A stretch of 64,000 bases of DNA from Candidatus Omnitrophota bacterium (GCA_013287965.1 JABDCU010000001.1:5910-69909); one strand, 5' to 3'. Counted from the first letter of the stretch, positions 40,403 through 53,161 are shown. Made by a program: numbers and translations. The notes: a model not told the origin generated them from the letters alone.

Positions 40403-42007
40403 TTATTTTACGTGATTTAAAGCCGCCGCGATAAAGCCCTTGAACAATGGATGGGCGCTGTCGGGCTTGGACTTGAATTCCGGGTGGAACTGACAGCCGA
40501 CAAACCACGGATGGTCCTTGATCTCAATGATCTCAACCAAGTCCCGCTCGGGATTGACTCCCGCGATCACCAGCCCTTTTTGCGTCAATTGCTGACGATA
40601 CGCATTGTTGAATTCATAGCGGTGGCGATGACGCTCGGAAATCTTAGCGTTCTTATACGCTTCAAAGCTTTTGGTGCCCTTTTCCAAAACGCAGGCGTAC
40701 GCGCCCAGGCGCATGGAAGCGCCCAAATTCTTGACCTTTTTCTGCTCCTCGATCAGGCTGATGACGGGATTGGAGGTCTCTTTGTCAAACTCCGTCGAGT
40801 TGGCTCCCTTGAGGCCTGCCACATGGCGGGCAAATTCGATGGTGGCGATCTGCATGCCTAAACAAATCCCGAAAAAAGGAATATTGTTCTCACGCACGTA
40901 TTTGACCGCCGCGATCTTTCCCTCGATGCCGCGGGCCCCAAAACCACCGGGGATCAAAACACCGTGGGCGTCTTTCAAACATTTCTTAAAACCGGCCTTT
41001 TCCACCTCTTCGGAATCAACTTTCAAAATAGTGACCCGCGCGTTATTGGCAATGCCCCCGTGCACCAGGGCTTCGTAAATGGATTTATAGGCGTCCTGCA
41101 AAGAAATATATTTTCCAACCACGGCGATCTTGACCTCTTTAGCCGGAGAACGCAGGCGCTTTAAGACCCCTTCTTCCCAATTTTTGATGCCGCGGTCAAC
41201 GAGCTTGATATTCAGCTTCTTTAAGATGAGCTCATCCAATCCCTCTTTTTTAAGGGCCAGGGGTACTTCATAAATGTGTTTAACATCCGCGGCCTCAATA
41301 ACAGCTTCCAGGTCCACATTGCAAAACAAGGCGATCTTCTCACGCTGTTCCTGCGAGATGGGCCGCTCCGTGCGGCACATCAAAATTTGAGGGATGATCC
41401 CTATTTCCCGCAAACGCCCGACGCTGTGCTGGGTTGGCTTGGTTTTCTGTTCGCCGGCGGATTTAATGTAAGGCAGCAGTGTCACATGGATATTCAACGC
41501 GTAACTTTCGCCAAGTTCCCAGCGCAGCTGCCTGATGGCTTCCAAAAAAGGAAGAGACTCAATGTCCCCTACCGTGCCGCCGATCTCAACGATCGTCACA
41601 TCCACGTCCGTGGACTTGGAGACCTTCTTGATGCGCTCCTTGATCTCATCTGTAATATGCGGGATGATCTGCACGGTCTTGCCTAAGTAATCCCCGCGGC
41701 GCTCCTTGGTGATCACGGAAAAATAGACCTTGCCGGCGGTGATACTGCTGTCCTTGGAAAGCTGGGTATTGGTGAAGCGCTCATAATGGCCTAAGTCCAG
41801 GTCTGTTTCCGCCCCGTCGTCGGTGACATAGACTTCCCCGTGCTGATAGGGGTTCATGGTGCCGGGGTCCACGTTCAAATACGGGTCGCATTTGATGATG
41901 GTCGTCTTAAGCCCGCGGGCTTCAAGCAATTTGCCTATAGAAGCAGCCGCAATGCCTTTGCCTAAGCTGGAAACAACACCGCCTGTGATAAAAATGTATT
42001 TGCTCAT
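40403..42007 (-). CDS. pyrG: CTP synthase.
   Basis: [19 protein letters not shown]..., a C-terminal glutamine amidotransferase domain (GICLGMQ), and full-length similarity. Confidence 0.96.
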   Translation of the reverse strand: MSKYIFITGGVVSSLGKGIAAASIGKLLEARGLKTTIIKCDPYLNVDPGTMNPYQHGEVYVTDDGAETDLDLGHYERFTNTQLSKDSSITAGKVYFSVITKERRGDYLGKTVQIIPHITDEIKERIKKVSKSTDVDVTIVEIGGTVGDIESLPFLEAIRQLRWELGESYALNIHVTLLPYIKSAGEQKTKPTQHSVGRLREIGIIPQILMCRTERPISQEQREKIALFCNVDLEAVIEAADVKHIYEVPLALKKEGLDELILKKLNIKLVDRGIKNWEEGVLKRLRSPAKEVKIAVVGKYISLQDAYKSIYEALVHGGIANNARVTILKVDSEEVEKAGFKKCLKDAHGVLIPGGFGARGIEGKIAAVKYVRENNIPFFGICLGMQIATIEFARHVAGLKGANSTEFDKETSNPVISLIEEQKKVKNLGASMRLGAYACVLEKGTKSFEAYKNAKISERHRHRYEFNNAYRQQLTQKGLVIAGVNPERDLVEIIEIKDHPWFVGCQFHPEFKSKPDSAHPLFKGFIAAALNHVK

Positions 42008-43377
42008 GATTCCAACTTTAATTTATCCGTGTTTTTAGGGATGGCCGTCGGATATTTGCCTGTAAAACAGGCTGAACAGAAACTGCTCTTGTCCTTCATC
42101 ACGGACATCATGCCATCAAGGCTCAAGAAACCCAGGGAGTCAACCTTGATAAAATCCGCGATCTCCTGGACTGTCTTGTTATGCGCAATAAGCTCTCCTG
42201 ACGAGGGAAAATCAATCCCGTAAAAACAAGGGGACTTGATGGGCGGGCATGAGATGCGCATGTGTATTTCTTTGGCGCCCACTTCACGCAATTCTTCAAT
42301 ACGGCTGCGGGACGTTGTCCCCCGCACAATGGAATCCTCGATGATGACCACTTTTTTGCCCTTGATCACGTCCCTTATAGGATTAAGTTTAACACGTACA
42401 CGGAATTCACGCAAAAATTGAGTGGGTTGAATGAAGGTGCGGCCGATATAATGGTTTCGGACAATCCCCAGTTCAAAAGGCATGTTCAATTCCTGGGCAT
42501 AGCCCAAGGCCGCGTAATTACCGGAGTCCGGAATGCCCATGACAAAATCTGCTTTGGCAGGATGTTCTTTGGCCAACTGTGCGCCTAAACGCTTCCTGAC
42601 CTGGTAAATATTGTCATCAAAAATACGGCTGTCAGGACGGGCGAAATAAACATTTTCAAAAACGCAAAAAGCCTTTGCGGCGCTTTTACTGCCCGGCAAA
42701 TAAATGGATTCCAGTTTATTGCCTTTAATGATGACGATCTCGCCGGGTGCTATCTCCCGCACGAATTCCGCCTTCATCAGGTCAAAAGCACAGCTTTCGG
42801 AAGCTAAAATATACCCGTCGCCTAATTTTCCCAAACACAAAGGACGAAATCCCTGCGGATCTCGGGCCCCGATCAAACATTCTTCCAGCAAAAGCACGAC
42901 CGAGTATGCCCCCTTCACTTGGGAAAAAACCTTTGTCAGCCATTGGGCCATGTCGCCGTTGGGCGTCTTGGCCAATAAATGCACGAAAATTTCAGAATCC
43001 ATCGAGGTCTGGAAAATGGACCCTTCGTCTTCCAGTCTGGCATATAGCTCGTCGGTATTGATCAAATTGCCGTTGTGTGCCACCGCGATGGGTTTTTTGC
43101 GGTGATTGACCAGAATGGGCTGGATATTCTTGGTATGCGACCCGCCCGTCGTGGAATACCGGGTGTGCGCGATGGCCATATGGCCCTTTAACCGGCTGAT
43201 ATTGCTTTCATCAAAATTATCAACGGCCAAGCCGTCTTTTTTAATGACATGCATCTCACGGCCGTCGTAAGAGACGATGCCGGCCGCTTCCTCGCCGCGG
43301 TGCTGTAAGGCATACAGGCCTAAAAAGGCCATTTTGCTTGCTTCCTTATGATGACTGATCCCGACGATGCCGCACAT
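42004..43377 (-). CDS. purF: Amidophosphoribosyltransferase.
   Basis: N-terminal MCGIVGI Ntn-hydrolase Cys, and a PRTase domain. Confidence 0.94.
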   Translation of the reverse strand: MCGIVGISHHKEASKMAFLGLYALQHRGEEAAGIVSYDGREMHVIKKDGLAVDNFDESNISRLKGHMAIAHTRYSTTGGSHTKNIQPILVNHRKKPIAVAHNGNLINTDELYARLEDEGSIFQTSMDSEIFVHLLAKTPNGDMAQWLTKVFSQVKGAYSVVLLLEECLIGARDPQGFRPLCLGKLGDGYILASESCAFDLMKAEFVREIAPGEIVIIKGNKLESIYLPGSKSAAKAFCVFENVYFARPDSRIFDDNIYQVRKRLGAQLAKEHPAKADFVMGIPDSGNYAALGYAQELNMPFELGIVRNHYIGRTFIQPTQFLREFRVRVKLNPIRDVIKGKKVVIIEDSIVRGTTSRSRIEELREVGAKEIHMRISCPPIKSPCFYGIDFPSSGELIAHNKTVQEIADFIKVDSLGFLSLDGMMSVMKDKSSFCSACFTGKYPTAIPKNTDKLKLES

Positions 43378-43379
43378 GA

Positions 43380-46300
43380 TTAAACCGCCTTTAGGGACTG
43401 CGCATATAAATTCTGCAGCGACTCCACCGTAAACTCTTCTTTAATACTCGCTTCTATGCCGTTAACAGCTGCCCATGCCCCCTGCAGGGTTGTGATGCAG
43501 GGGATATTATGTAAAATAGCCGCCGCCCGGATGACCCTCATATCCGATTGGCTTTTCTTGCCTGAAGGTGTATTGATAATTAAGTTTATCTCACCTTTTT
43601 TGACTAATGTCAACGCGTTTTCTTCACCTTCATGATGTTTGTCCACAATGGTCACGTCAATGCCCGCTGAACGAAGCGCCTTGGCCGTTCCTCGCGTGGC
43701 CATCACCTTGAATTTCAGGTCTGCTAATTTCTTGGCAATGAACGCCACATCACGCTTGTCATGGTCATTGACACTGATAAAAACCACGCCTGATTTGGGC
43801 AAGGCCTGGTTGGCCGCCATTTGGGATTTGGCAAAAGCCGCGCCAAAATTCGAAGCGATCCCCATGACCTCGCCGGTGGATTTCATCTCCGGCCCTAAAA
43901 TAATATCCACCCCGGAAAAACGGCTGAAAGGCAGGACTGATTCTTTGACACAGATATATTTTAATTCTTCCGGATCGACCAATTCAAAATCACTTAATTT
44001 CTTGCCTGCCATGACCTGGGCCGCGATCTTGGCCAGCGGCATGCCGGTGGCTTTGCTGACAAAAGGGCTGGTGCGCGAGGCGCGCGGATTGACCTCCAGG
44101 ACATACACCTGGCGGCCCTTGACCGCGAACTGGATATTCATCAGGCCCACGACTTTCAGGGCATGGGCCAGGCGCACGGTCTGATTTTTAATGTCCTCGA
44201 TCACTTCTTCACTTAAAGTATGCGGCGGCAAAACGCAGGCTGAATCTCCTGAGTGAATGCCCGCGTTCTCAATATGTTCCATGACCCCGGCGACGTATAC
44301 ATCTTCACCGTCGCAGATGGCATCCACATCCACTTCCTGGGCATCTTCCAAAAACTTATCGATCAATACCGGATGCCCGCGCGAGACGCTGTGCACCTCA
44401 TCTAAAAAGGACTTGATAGATTCTTCATCATAAACAATACGCATGGCGCGCCCCCCAAGCACATAAGACGGACGGACGAGTACCGGATATCCAATGCGAT
44501 TGGCCGCGATCAGGGTTTCTTCCTTGGTTGTTGTTGAGGCGTTGGCCGGCTGTTTCAAACCCAGCTTGTCCATTAGCTTGGAAAAATGCTCCCGGTTTTC
44601 CGCCAGGTCAATGGAGTCAACAGAGGTCCCGATGATAGGCACTCCGGCCTGGGACAACCGGCGCGCTAAATTCAGCGGTGTCTGGCCGCCGAATTGCACG
44701 ATCACCCCATCGGGACGTTCCACTTCAAACACATTCATCACGTCTTCAAAGGTCAACGGTTCAAAATACAGCCTGTCGGACGTGTCATAATCCGTCGAAA
44801 CCGTCTCCGGATTGGAATTGACCATGATGGTTTCAAAACCCATTTCCTTAAGGGCAAAGGCCGCGTGGCAGCAGCAATAATCAAATTCGATCCCCTGGCC
44901 GATGCGGTTGGGCCCGCCGCCTAAGATCATGATCTTCTTCTTTTTAGATTTACGCTTTTGGTTATTGATGAGCGCTTCATCTTCAGTCTCATACGTCGAA
45001 TAATAATAAGGCGTATACGCTTCAAATTCCGCGGCACAAGTGTCCACTAATTTGAAAGTCGCCGTGATGCCCATGTCCTTACGCATTTGACGGACGTCTT
45101 TTTCACTTTTATCCAGGACCTCTGCCAATTGGGCATCGGAAAATCCGTATTCCTTGGCCTGGCGCAAAAGCTGAGGCGCCAAAGTCCCGCTGGATACAGC
45201 GACGGATTTCAAATGGTCCTCCAGCTCTAAGATCTGTGCTATCTGGTCAATGAACCAAATGTCGATCTTGGAAATTTCCGAGACCTGCTCTATGCTCATG
45301 CCTTTTTGCAAGGCGTATTTCAAATAGAAAATGCGTGAGGCATTGGGCTCAGCCAGGCGCAATTGGATCTTGGCGTCCTCAATATAGCGCCAGTCCTGTT
45401 TATTATCCAGGCCGATATGGTCGATCTCCAGGCCCCTTAACCCCTTTTGCAAAGCTTCCTTGAAATTGCGGCCGATGGCCATGGTCTCGCCGACACTTTT
45501 CATTTGTATGCCTAAGATGTCCTTGGCTTCGGGGAATTTTTCAAAAGTAAAGCGCGGGATCTTGACTACACAATAATCAATGGCAGGTTCAAAGCACGCG
45601 GGCGTTTCCCTGGTGATATCGTTCTGAATTTCATCCAGCGAATAGCCCACGGCCAATTTAGCGGCGAATTTGGCTATGGGGAATCCCGTGGCCTTGGATG
45701 CCAGCGCCGATGAACGCGAGACCCGTGGGTTCATTTCAATGACCACCATGCGCCCGTCTTTAGGATCAACGGCGAATTGGATATTCGACCCTCCGGTCTC
45801 TACCCCGATCTCACGGATCAAACGGATAGAAGCATCACGCATGTTCTGGTACTCGGCATCGGTCAATGTCTGCGCCGGAGCGACTGTAATGCTGTCCCCG
45901 GTATGCACGCCCATGGGGTCTAAATTTTCAATGGAACAGACGATCACGACATTATCCGCGTGGTCGCGCATCAGCTCCAGCTCATATTCTTTCCAGCCTT
46001 CGATGGATTCTTCAATAAGTATTTCATGGATCATGGAGCTTTCGATCCCCAGGGCCGCGATGCGTTCAAACTCCTGCGCATCATGCGCGATGCCGCCGCC
46101 CGTGCCTCCTAAAGTAAACGAAGCACGCACGATGCAGGGAAAACCGATCTGCCCCACTGCCTGTTTGGCTTCTTCGAGATTGTAAGCAAAGACACTTTTA
46201 GGCACATCCAGACCTACTTTGATGACCGCGGCTTTAAATTCACTGCGGTCTTCGGCCTTGCGGATCACCTCGTATTTTGCCCCCAGCATTTCAACATTAT

Positions 46301-46631
46301 ATTTGGCTAAAATGCCCTGCTCATGGAGTTTCATGGCCAAATTAAGGCCTGTCTGCCCGCCTAAAGTAGGCAAAATAGCGTCGGGCCTTTCCTTGCGGAT
46401 GATAAGTTCCAGGAATTCAGGGGTCAGGGGTTCAATATAAGTGGCGTCCGCGATGCCCGGGTCGGTCATGATGGTGGCAGGATTGGAATTGACCAATACT
46501 ACTTCATACCCTTCTTCCTTCAAGGCCTTGCAAGCCTGGGACCCGGAATAATCAAATTCGCAGGCCTGGCCTATGACAATGGGCCCTGCTCCGATGATCA
46601 TTATTTTCTTAATATCAACGCGTTTGGGCAT
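43380..46631 (-). CDS. carB: Carbamoyl-phosphate synthase large subunit.
   Basis: Duplicated ATP-grasp halves and an MGS-like C-terminal domain. 1083 aa with high similarity throughout. Confidence 0.96.
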   Translation of the reverse strand: MPKRVDIKKIMIIGAGPIVIGQACEFDYSGSQACKALKEEGYEVVLVNSNPATIMTDPGIADATYIEPLTPEFLELIIRKERPDAILPTLGGQTGLNLAMKLHEQGILAKYNVEMLGAKYEVIRKAEDRSEFKAAVIKVGLDVPKSVFAYNLEEAKQAVGQIGFPCIVRASFTLGGTGGGIAHDAQEFERIAALGIESSMIHEILIEESIEGWKEYELELMRDHADNVVIVCSIENLDPMGVHTGDSITVAPAQTLTDAEYQNMRDASIRLIREIGVETGGSNIQFAVDPKDGRMVVIEMNPRVSRSSALASKATGFPIAKFAAKLAVGYSLDEIQNDITRETPACFEPAIDYCVVKIPRFTFEKFPEAKDILGIQMKSVGETMAIGRNFKEALQKGLRGLEIDHIGLDNKQDWRYIEDAKIQLRLAEPNASRIFYLKYALQKGMSIEQVSEISKIDIWFIDQIAQILELEDHLKSVAVSSGTLAPQLLRQAKEYGFSDAQLAEVLDKSEKDVRQMRKDMGITATFKLVDTCAAEFEAYTPYYYSTYETEDEALINNQKRKSKKKKIMILGGGPNRIGQGIEFDYCCCHAAFALKEMGFETIMVNSNPETVSTDYDTSDRLYFEPLTFEDVMNVFEVERPDGVIVQFGGQTPLNLARRLSQAGVPIIGTSVDSIDLAENREHFSKLMDKLGLKQPANASTTTKEETLIAANRIGYPVLVRPSYVLGGRAMRIVYDEESIKSFLDEVHSVSRGHPVLIDKFLEDAQEVDVDAICDGEDVYVAGVMEHIENAGIHSGDSACVLPPHTLSEEVIEDIKNQTVRLAHALKVVGLMNIQFAVKGRQVYVLEVNPRASRTSPFVSKATGMPLAKIAAQVMAGKKLSDFELVDPEELKYICVKESVLPFSRFSGVDIILGPEMKSTGEVMGIASNFGAAFAKSQMAANQALPKSGVVFISVNDHDKRDVAFIAKKLADLKFKVMATRGTAKALRSAGIDVTIVDKHHEGEENALTLVKKGEINLIINTPSGKKSQSDMRVIRAAAILHNIPCITTLQGAWAAVNGIEASIKEEFTVESLQNLYAQSLKAV

Positions 46632-47718
46632 TTTTATGCTTATCTATCATTTCAATAAACTGGCTGAATAAATATTTAGCGTCATGCGGTCCGGGGGCTG
46701 CTTCCGGGTGATACTGGATGGAAAATGCCGGAAAATGTTTATGCCGGATGCCTTCAACGCTCTGGTCATTTAAATTCACATGGATGACCTCTACCTCGCC
46801 CAGATCAAGGCTTTTGACATCCACGCAAAAGCCATGGTTTTGGCTGGTGACCGCGATGCGGTTCCCCTCAAAATCTTTGACCGGATGATTGGCCCCGTGA
46901 TGACCGAATTTTAATTTATATGTCTTTCCATCCAAGGCCAGCCCCAAGATCTGGTTGCCTAAGCAAATGCCGAAAATGGGCGTCTTGCCCAAAAGTCCCT
47001 TAACAGTGTCTATCACATAGGTCACCACCGCCGGATCGCCGGGCCCGTTGGAAAGGAACACCCCATCGGGCTTGATAGCCATGATCTCCTTAGAGCTCGC
47101 CTTGGCCGGGAACACATGCACCTCGCAGCCCATGCTGCTGAGGATGCGTAAAATATTAAACTTGATCCCGCAGTCAATGGCCGCGATCTTGTAAGCCCGA
47201 GGGCCATGGGACTTCCAAACATACTTCTTTAACGTGCTGACATCCTTGACAAAATCCATCCCTTCCATGGAAGGCATCGCATCCAGCTTTTGCTGGAGAC
47301 TTTTAGGGTCAAAATCTTCCGTTGAGATGATCGCTTTCATGGCCCCGGACATGCGCAAATGACGGGTCAAAGCACGGGTGTCCACCCCTTCCATCGCAAT
47401 GATCTTATTGTCATTTAAATAATCGGTAAGGCTTTTTTTAGCGCGCCAATTGGAATGGCGGCGGCAGAATTCTTTGACAACGAAGCCTTTGACGTGAACA
47501 GCGTCAGACTCAACATCCTGGTCATTAACACCGTAATTACCGATCAAGGGATAGGTCATCACAACGATTTGGCCGGTATAGGAGGGATCAGTGAGGACTT
47601 CCTGATAACCGGTCATGGCGGTATTAAAGACAGCTTCGCCCGCGGTTTCCCCGGTCTCTTTTAAAGTACGGCCGCGAAAACTTTTACCGTCCTGAAGATA
47701 TAATATTGCTTCTTTCAT
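46615..47718 (-). CDS. carA: Carbamoyl-phosphate synthase small subunit (glutamine amidotransferase).
   Basis: CarA N-terminal domain plus a class I GATase (GICLGNQ, HH...E). Confidence 0.94.
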   Translation of the reverse strand: MKEAILYLQDGKSFRGRTLKETGETAGEAVFNTAMTGYQEVLTDPSYTGQIVVMTYPLIGNYGVNDQDVESDAVHVKGFVVKEFCRRHSNWRAKKSLTDYLNDNKIIAMEGVDTRALTRHLRMSGAMKAIISTEDFDPKSLQQKLDAMPSMEGMDFVKDVSTLKKYVWKSHGPRAYKIAAIDCGIKFNILRILSSMGCEVHVFPAKASSKEIMAIKPDGVFLSNGPGDPAVVTYVIDTVKGLLGKTPIFGICLGNQILGLALDGKTYKLKFGHHGANHPVKDFEGNRIAVTSQNHGFCVDVKSLDLGEVEVIHVNLNDQSVEGIRHKHFPAFSIQYHPEAAPGPHDAKYLFSQFIEMIDKHKNAQTR

Positions 47719-47811
47719 GCCCTGCTTTTTTATTGAAAATATCGCGGAAATACGTCGGCGGGAAGGATAATCCCCATGCCTGAAACACTATAAAGCAAGT
47801 ACCCTTCATTG

Positions 47812-48183
47812 TCAAGCAAGAGCTTCCCTGATCGCGGCAACGAGTTCTTCCGGAGGCGTGTTTTTCTGGATATAGTCCCGGGCCCCGTAAGAAGCGTAAT
47901 CAATAAAATTCTTGGGGGTATCAATGGATGTGTAAAAAATAACAGGGATGTCCTTCGTGGACGTGTTTTGTTTAAACTTTTTACACAATTCGATCCCTGA
48001 AATGCCCGGAAGCAGAATATCCAAAAGGATCAGGTCCAATCTATGCTCCAGGGCCTTACTCAGACCTATTGAGCCGTCTTCCGCCAAAAGGACATTGAAG
48101 TCGTATTTTGCCAAAAGCCTGCTGATCAAGGTTCTGTCCACAGGGTTGTCGTCAATGAACAAAATTGTTTTTTGCGCTGGCAT
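47812..48183 (-). CDS. Single-domain response regulator (CheY-like REC). The likely start is MPAQKTILFIDD.
   Basis: Residues DD...D...T...K in the canonical spacing (FIDDNP, LILLDILLPGISG, T, K). Confidence 0.8.
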   Translation of the reverse strand: MPAQKTILFIDDNPVDRTLISRLLAKYDFNVLLAEDGSIGLSKALEHRLDLILLDILLPGISGIELCKKFKQNTSTKDIPVIFYTSIDTPKNFIDYASYGARDYIQKNTPPEELVAAIREALA

Positions 48184-48223
48184 AGATAAATTGAGTATAC
48201 AACCATTCCGATGGTACTGGCAA

Positions 48224-51200
48224 CTATAAACCAAGAAAATTCTTCAAATCCGTCATGGGTTGGATACTGATGATCACCGGTACAAAGCCCGGGGCGTTTT
48301 GCAACTGCGCCAGCATGGCTGGATCAAGGTGAAATTCTATTTCACCTCCATTATTTTGAGTCTGTAAATTCATATTGGAAGGAGTTAGGTCGATACCGCC
48401 TTCACGAGTCTTATATTCAACCTTCCTTTGAATATTCTTTGTCACCATAGCATCATCTGTAATAGGTTTTCCCTCTACAACAATGCCTTGTTGTTTAAAA
48501 ATTTCCGCTACCAATGCATTACGAAAAAAGTTGGTAAATTCTCGCGTATAATCGCCTGCTTCTGACAATCTATGTCCCATTTCTTCCATATAAGACCTGC
48601 CGAAAGATTCTGGGTCTGCCAGTTGACTTCTTTTCATCCCAATCTTCTTTGTTGCTGTATTCCAATAAGCCTGGTACCCTTCCAGCGCATCACCTGTCAA
48701 TTTACTTTTAACAGAAGTGAAAACTTCCATAGGACTAGGTTCTATTTTTTTCCCTAATATTTCTTCCAATTTTTTATCAATAATCTGGCGAAGTTGTAGG
48801 ATTTTAATCTCCGCAGGGGTCAAATCATCTATATTCATATATTGAAAATCTGGTTCCAATACTTCAGAATCAAGGTGAACCCCTAAGCTATGGATTACTA
48901 ACGCGATATTATAGTTCATAAACACCACTTGATAACCCATATTTCTTAAGAGTAACTGTGTATCGGGATCATGGATGGTACGTTGTGTGCCTAAAACAAC
49001 CTTCTTGGGATCCCATCCTTTTTGACTTACAACACTTTCCCATGCATTCTGCCAAGTCTGACGGTTTTTGTATGAAGGAATTCTTGTTACATCTTGATAC
49101 TCCGGTCGAGATCCGTTAACTTTTAAAGCCGCATTAATAACCGCAGTTACAGCCTCAACAGAATCTGTTTGTGCCAACATCAATCCAATTGCTTCAGTGA
49201 CTTTGCCTGCATGAAGAACATTCCGGTCGGGAGAAACAATGATTCCAGGTATATTAATAAAATTATAACTCAATATATTATGATGTGAACGTGCAGTATC
49301 TTGAACCTCTAAACCTTGGACATAAAGCCTATCACTAGTCGTTGAAACTATTTCTCCGCCTTCTGTCGTACTTAATGGATGATAATTGGGATTTAGAATA
49401 AGTGCTTTTTCTGCTAAGCGTCTAACAGATTTTAAAAAATCTGAAGTAGGTTGAGTGAAAATGGTCTCCGAACCTTCTATAAGTTGTTTACGTAAATGTA
49501 CCATATCATAACTCAAAACTTGCACTTGGACTGATTTGCCATCAGCATCATTATAAAATTGTGTTTCGATTTTAGCTTTAGCTTTCCAATTTCTTGATCT
49601 TAATTCAAGCCCTAATCCCGCTCTTAAACAAGCTGCGGACAACATTTTGAGACCTTCTCCCCATCCGCCCGCAGCTTCAGGGGTTTCATTTTTTGTACTG
49701 AATAAAAGTCCTAAAAGTTTATAATCATACCCTGTTCCATTGTCTCGGATACGAACGGATGCAATCCGGTCATCGTGGAATTGAGAAATCTCATTAATAT
49801 CCAGCCATCGGGATTCCTCTTCACCTTTTAATGAAAATTCCACGTTAATCTTCGTGGAGCCTGCGTCTTTAGGCAAATGGTTTTGGACTGCATCCAATAA
49901 AATTCGATCAATCCCCCAAGCGGTTTCACGATAATTAAGAGTCAATCCGGTACTTACATTTTGATTTTCTTTCTCATAATAAATTGATGTTGTTGTTGCC
50001 ACGCCTGCTTTTACTAAAAGAATTCCTACAAGGCCAGATATGAGTACGACCTTTTTCCCTTCTTTAATTGCTTGTTCAGTAAGCGCATCCGGTTTTCCAC
50101 TATAACCCGTTGTCTCCCCCAATATTGCGTCTTCACCATATAAACCTTGAAATGCTTGACGCCATACATTAGCCGCCCGTTCATCCAACTTCCTGTAATA
50201 ATCAAAATATAGACCGTTTTCATAGAACTCCTCCGAAACCTTAAACTTACCGTCCTCCTCTTTCATTATAGATTTCTGTATAAAATGTTTTGCAATTTCA
50301 GGTGTTATATTCTCAAACATTGCTAACTTTACCACTGCCTCTATCGCTGAACGAGGCAGGTTATCACGATCACGATTAAGATCTGAATCATTAAAAAGAT
50401 TATAGTTAAAAAGAGCAGGCCTGTAAGCGATATTGCCGTCCGGAAGACTTATAACGTAATTTCCTTTAACATAAATTTCACTCTTTTCTCCTGAGCGTTT
50501 CCCTACAACTTCTCCCACATTTCCAGTGACCAGTGTTGGTCTATATTCCTGATTTAAAAACAACACCAAGTCTGGCAACCTTTTTGCTTGATTCAAAAAT
50601 TCAGAACTAGGGGAACGGATGATCGTCCTTGAACCTGACATTCCTTGTGTATCACTTACTTGTAATGCAATGTTATATGTGGCGATCTCATTTTGAAAAC
50701 CCTTATTAAGGATTTTTTCTGCTATGATTGGTTTAGCCTGCCAAGAGCGGGATTGAAATTCAACTTGAATACCCCGCTTCATTGCAGCCGCGGTCGCAAT
50801 TTTAAGACCTTCTCCAAATTTTCCTGACTCCTCAGTTGAGCCTTTGGTCGTAAGAAAATATTTCAAATGTTCTACATCATAACCGATACCATCATCCGCT
50901 ATCTCAATCGAATCAACATCCTCTGGTCGAAGAGATTGGACTTCTGGATCCAACAGCCCAATAGTTCTTCCGTTTTTTAAATGAAAGGTTACTTCGGTCT
51001 TGCTTCCTTTTGCATCCGCGGGTTTATGATTTTGGACAAAATCAATTAAAATACGGCGTTCATCCCATTTTTCCAAACCACCGTAATCAAGAGTCATGTC
51101 CGTATCAATTATTTTGACTCCTTGTGCTTTGGGGACGCTTTCAATTCTTTCAGGTTCAATTACCACTTCCTGCTTTACTGAATCATCTACCACCTCTTTG

Positions 51201-53017
51201 TTTTTATTATCTTTTTTACGCCAATTAAAAAGACCCGTACCAATATCCGTCTGATTACCTGTCTGATTTACGTCCGCTGGATTAATAAGAACGCCATCTT
51301 TTAATTCCCGCACAGCCGCATTATGGGCTTCAATCCAGCCCCATGTTGGATTCTGTTTACGATAAAAAACTTCCCGTTGTTCATGTTTCAGAAGCCGTAC
51401 ATTATTTAATTCTTCTTCCAGCCCCACTATAAGCCACTGCCCATTCCAGGGGCCTTCCTGGGATGATTGAAAATTTACTGACTTAGCCCCAAAACCTTCT
51501 TGGGGATTCATTACCCATTTATAAATGGCTTTACCTATACGGTCTTCTTGGGCATGCTGGCTAATTTTCAAAATCACATTCCCATCTTGATCGACATCCT
51601 CATCTACCAAACCTTTCTGCCTTAACTGCTCTACTAAAAATTCAATAATTTCGCTGTTCGAACCTGTGGCGGATAAATGGGCAAAACGCGCAATTAGCCG
51701 TAAAATTCTGTTCAAACGTTGTGCGTTTCTATCATGCGCCATGGACGTTGAAGGTAAATTTTGATCGGCATTATCGATCTTTGTTGTTTCACCTATGCCA
51801 GGATCAACAAAAGTACCCACTACATAGGTTCCATTAGTATCATTTATATTAGGCATGACTCCTGCTGAAGTAACCAGCGGTGTAATGTTTAATTTTTCTA
51901 GTGCTACCCCGCCTGAAAAATACTTTCTGGGAATGGTCTCTTGGGATAATGTGTCCGTATCTTCCTTAATATAATTGAACACGCCCTTCTTAAAAGCCTG
52001 TAAATACCGCCCATAAATTCTTTCTTTTTCTTTTGGATCATCAATATTGACCCCCACAACCTTGTTCTTATTCTCATAAACTTGCTCCAAGATACTGTCC
52101 TTGATCTTTTTCTTGTACCAGGTGGCTAAGATGAGGGAATTGTAAACTTGGCGCAATTTGGCAAAATTCTTGCCTTCGTTGACTTCCTTGGTGAGCTCTG
52201 GGATGACGATTTCTCTAACGATTTGAGAGCCTAAAGTACTCACGTCATTCTGAGGCGTAGCCGAAGAATCTAAAGGTGTCTTAAGATGCGCTGCGCTTCT
52301 TCGCTCGCTCAGGATGACAGAATGCTTTTCTAATGATAAATAATCCTGCTCAAGCATTACCTTTAGCTTTGCTTCCACTACATACGCGGTGCCGGCTTTG
52401 GCGTTTTCGTAAACTACGGCTTTTTCCGGCACTATCCATACCTTGTTAAAAGTATTGACCGGAATATTGGTTGTGCCAAATCTTTTAGACGCCTCTTCAT
52501 AAATACGCTTCCAGAATTTCTTGCCAATCTCATCCTCAGGATAAATCAAACTCGCTGTTATTTGTTTGAGCATGTAGTCTTCGGCAAGCAGGTCTCGGCC
52601 CATTTCAGTAAGACCAAAACTTTGAGGAATGATCCTATCCTTCTCGTAAGGGCTCAGGTTGACCCAAAGGTCTTTTTCAGGGATGGTTAGGCTGGCTAGG
52701 AAGTATTTGATTAATTTCGTGGATTCTATTTTAAGTTGTTCTTGGTTCTGGATTCCCGCTTTCGCGGGAATGACAGGGTTAGAATCGCCTTGGTCTAATA
52801 TGAAATCAAAACGGAAAGGATTGTCAGGATGGACTTTGATCCCTTTCAGCATTGGAGGATTAAGCGGTGGGCTTAGATGGACCATGACCCCGGGCGCAGG
52901 CAATCGAAAATCTTGGGCTTGAACTAAAGGAACATTAAAACCAGTAACAGTAAAACATACCGTTACCAGTAAGCTGATCATCCTGCGCCAATTTAAAAAA
53001 TGAACAGGGGCTCCCAT
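48224..53017 (-). CDS. Giant (1597 aa) signal-peptide-bearing protein with two tandem GHKL (HATPase_c_3 / MORC-Hsp90-like) ATPase-like domains. Function unknown. It contains an in-frame REP-1 insertion (VIPAKAGIQ).
   Basis: Signal peptide MISLLVTVCFTVTGFNVPLVQAQ. Two copies of the N-box (DFVQNHKPADA, DAVQNHLPKDA), G1 (ADDGIGYD, RDNGTGYD) and G2 (GKFGEGLK, GGWGEGLK) are present. No HisKA H-box was recognised. Confidence 0.7.
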   Translation of the reverse strand: MGAPVHFLNWRRMISLLVTVCFTVTGFNVPLVQAQDFRLPAPGVMVHLSPPLNPPMLKGIKVHPDNPFRFDFILDQGDSNPVIPAKAGIQNQEQLKIESTKLIKYFLASLTIPEKDLWVNLSPYEKDRIIPQSFGLTEMGRDLLAEDYMLKQITASLIYPEDEIGKKFWKRIYEEASKRFGTTNIPVNTFNKVWIVPEKAVVYENAKAGTAYVVEAKLKVMLEQDYLSLEKHSVILSERRSAAHLKTPLDSSATPQNDVSTLGSQIVREIVIPELTKEVNEGKNFAKLRQVYNSLILATWYKKKIKDSILEQVYENKNKVVGVNIDDPKEKERIYGRYLQAFKKGVFNYIKEDTDTLSQETIPRKYFSGGVALEKLNITPLVTSAGVMPNINDTNGTYVVGTFVDPGIGETTKIDNADQNLPSTSMAHDRNAQRLNRILRLIARFAHLSATGSNSEIIEFLVEQLRQKGLVDEDVDQDGNVILKISQHAQEDRIGKAIYKWVMNPQEGFGAKSVNFQSSQEGPWNGQWLIVGLEEELNNVRLLKHEQREVFYRKQNPTWGWIEAHNAAVRELKDGVLINPADVNQTGNQTDIGTGLFNWRKKDNKNKEVVDDSVKQEVVIEPERIESVPKAQGVKIIDTDMTLDYGGLEKWDERRILIDFVQNHKPADAKGSKTEVTFHLKNGRTIGLLDPEVQSLRPEDVDSIEIADDGIGYDVEHLKYFLTTKGSTEESGKFGEGLKIATAAAMKRGIQVEFQSRSWQAKPIIAEKILNKGFQNEIATYNIALQVSDTQGMSGSRTIIRSPSSEFLNQAKRLPDLVLFLNQEYRPTLVTGNVGEVVGKRSGEKSEIYVKGNYVISLPDGNIAYRPALFNYNLFNDSDLNRDRDNLPRSAIEAVVKLAMFENITPEIAKHFIQKSIMKEEDGKFKVSEEFYENGLYFDYYRKLDERAANVWRQAFQGLYGEDAILGETTGYSGKPDALTEQAIKEGKKVVLISGLVGILLVKAGVATTTSIYYEKENQNVSTGLTLNYRETAWGIDRILLDAVQNHLPKDAGSTKINVEFSLKGEEESRWLDINEISQFHDDRIASVRIRDNGTGYDYKLLGLLFSTKNETPEAAGGWGEGLKMLSAACLRAGLGLELRSRNWKAKAKIETQFYNDADGKSVQVQVLSYDMVHLRKQLIEGSETIFTQPTSDFLKSVRRLAEKALILNPNYHPLSTTEGGEIVSTTSDRLYVQGLEVQDTARSHHNILSYNFINIPGIIVSPDRNVLHAGKVTEAIGLMLAQTDSVEAVTAVINAALKVNGSRPEYQDVTRIPSYKNRQTWQNAWESVVSQKGWDPKKVVLGTQRTIHDPDTQLLLRNMGYQVVFMNYNIALVIHSLGVHLDSEVLEPDFQYMNIDDLTPAEIKILQLRQIIDKKLEEILGKKIEPSPMEVFTSVKSKLTGDALEGYQAYWNTATKKIGMKRSQLADPESFGRSYMEEMGHRLSEAGDYTREFTNFFRNALVAEIFKQQGIVVEGKPITDDAMVTKNIQRKVEYKTREGGIDLTPSNMNLQTQNNGGEIEFHLDPAMLAQLQNAPGFVPVIISIQPMTDLKNFLGL
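52749..52778. repeat. REP-1 element copy inside the GHKL giant gene.
   Basis: tggattcccgctttcgcgggaatgacaggg. Confidence 0.85.
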
Positions 53018-53161
53018 GCTTAAAGTATTTAGTATAAAACTATATAATGCAAGGGCTTGGGAAGGATTTTGAGGAAACGGTTTCCTGTAAATATACCGAC
53101 GAGATAAAAAAATTCTATCTAAGATCAGAGGAAAATGATCTTTTAATTATTTCATAAAGGA

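Noticed and set aside
43639-46440. Several plus-strand ORFs (43639..44184, 45670..46185 and others) within carB.
   Set aside because: They are antisense to a highly conserved 1083-aa CarB ORF. Their S/P/A-rich composition is typical of reverse-frame artefacts.
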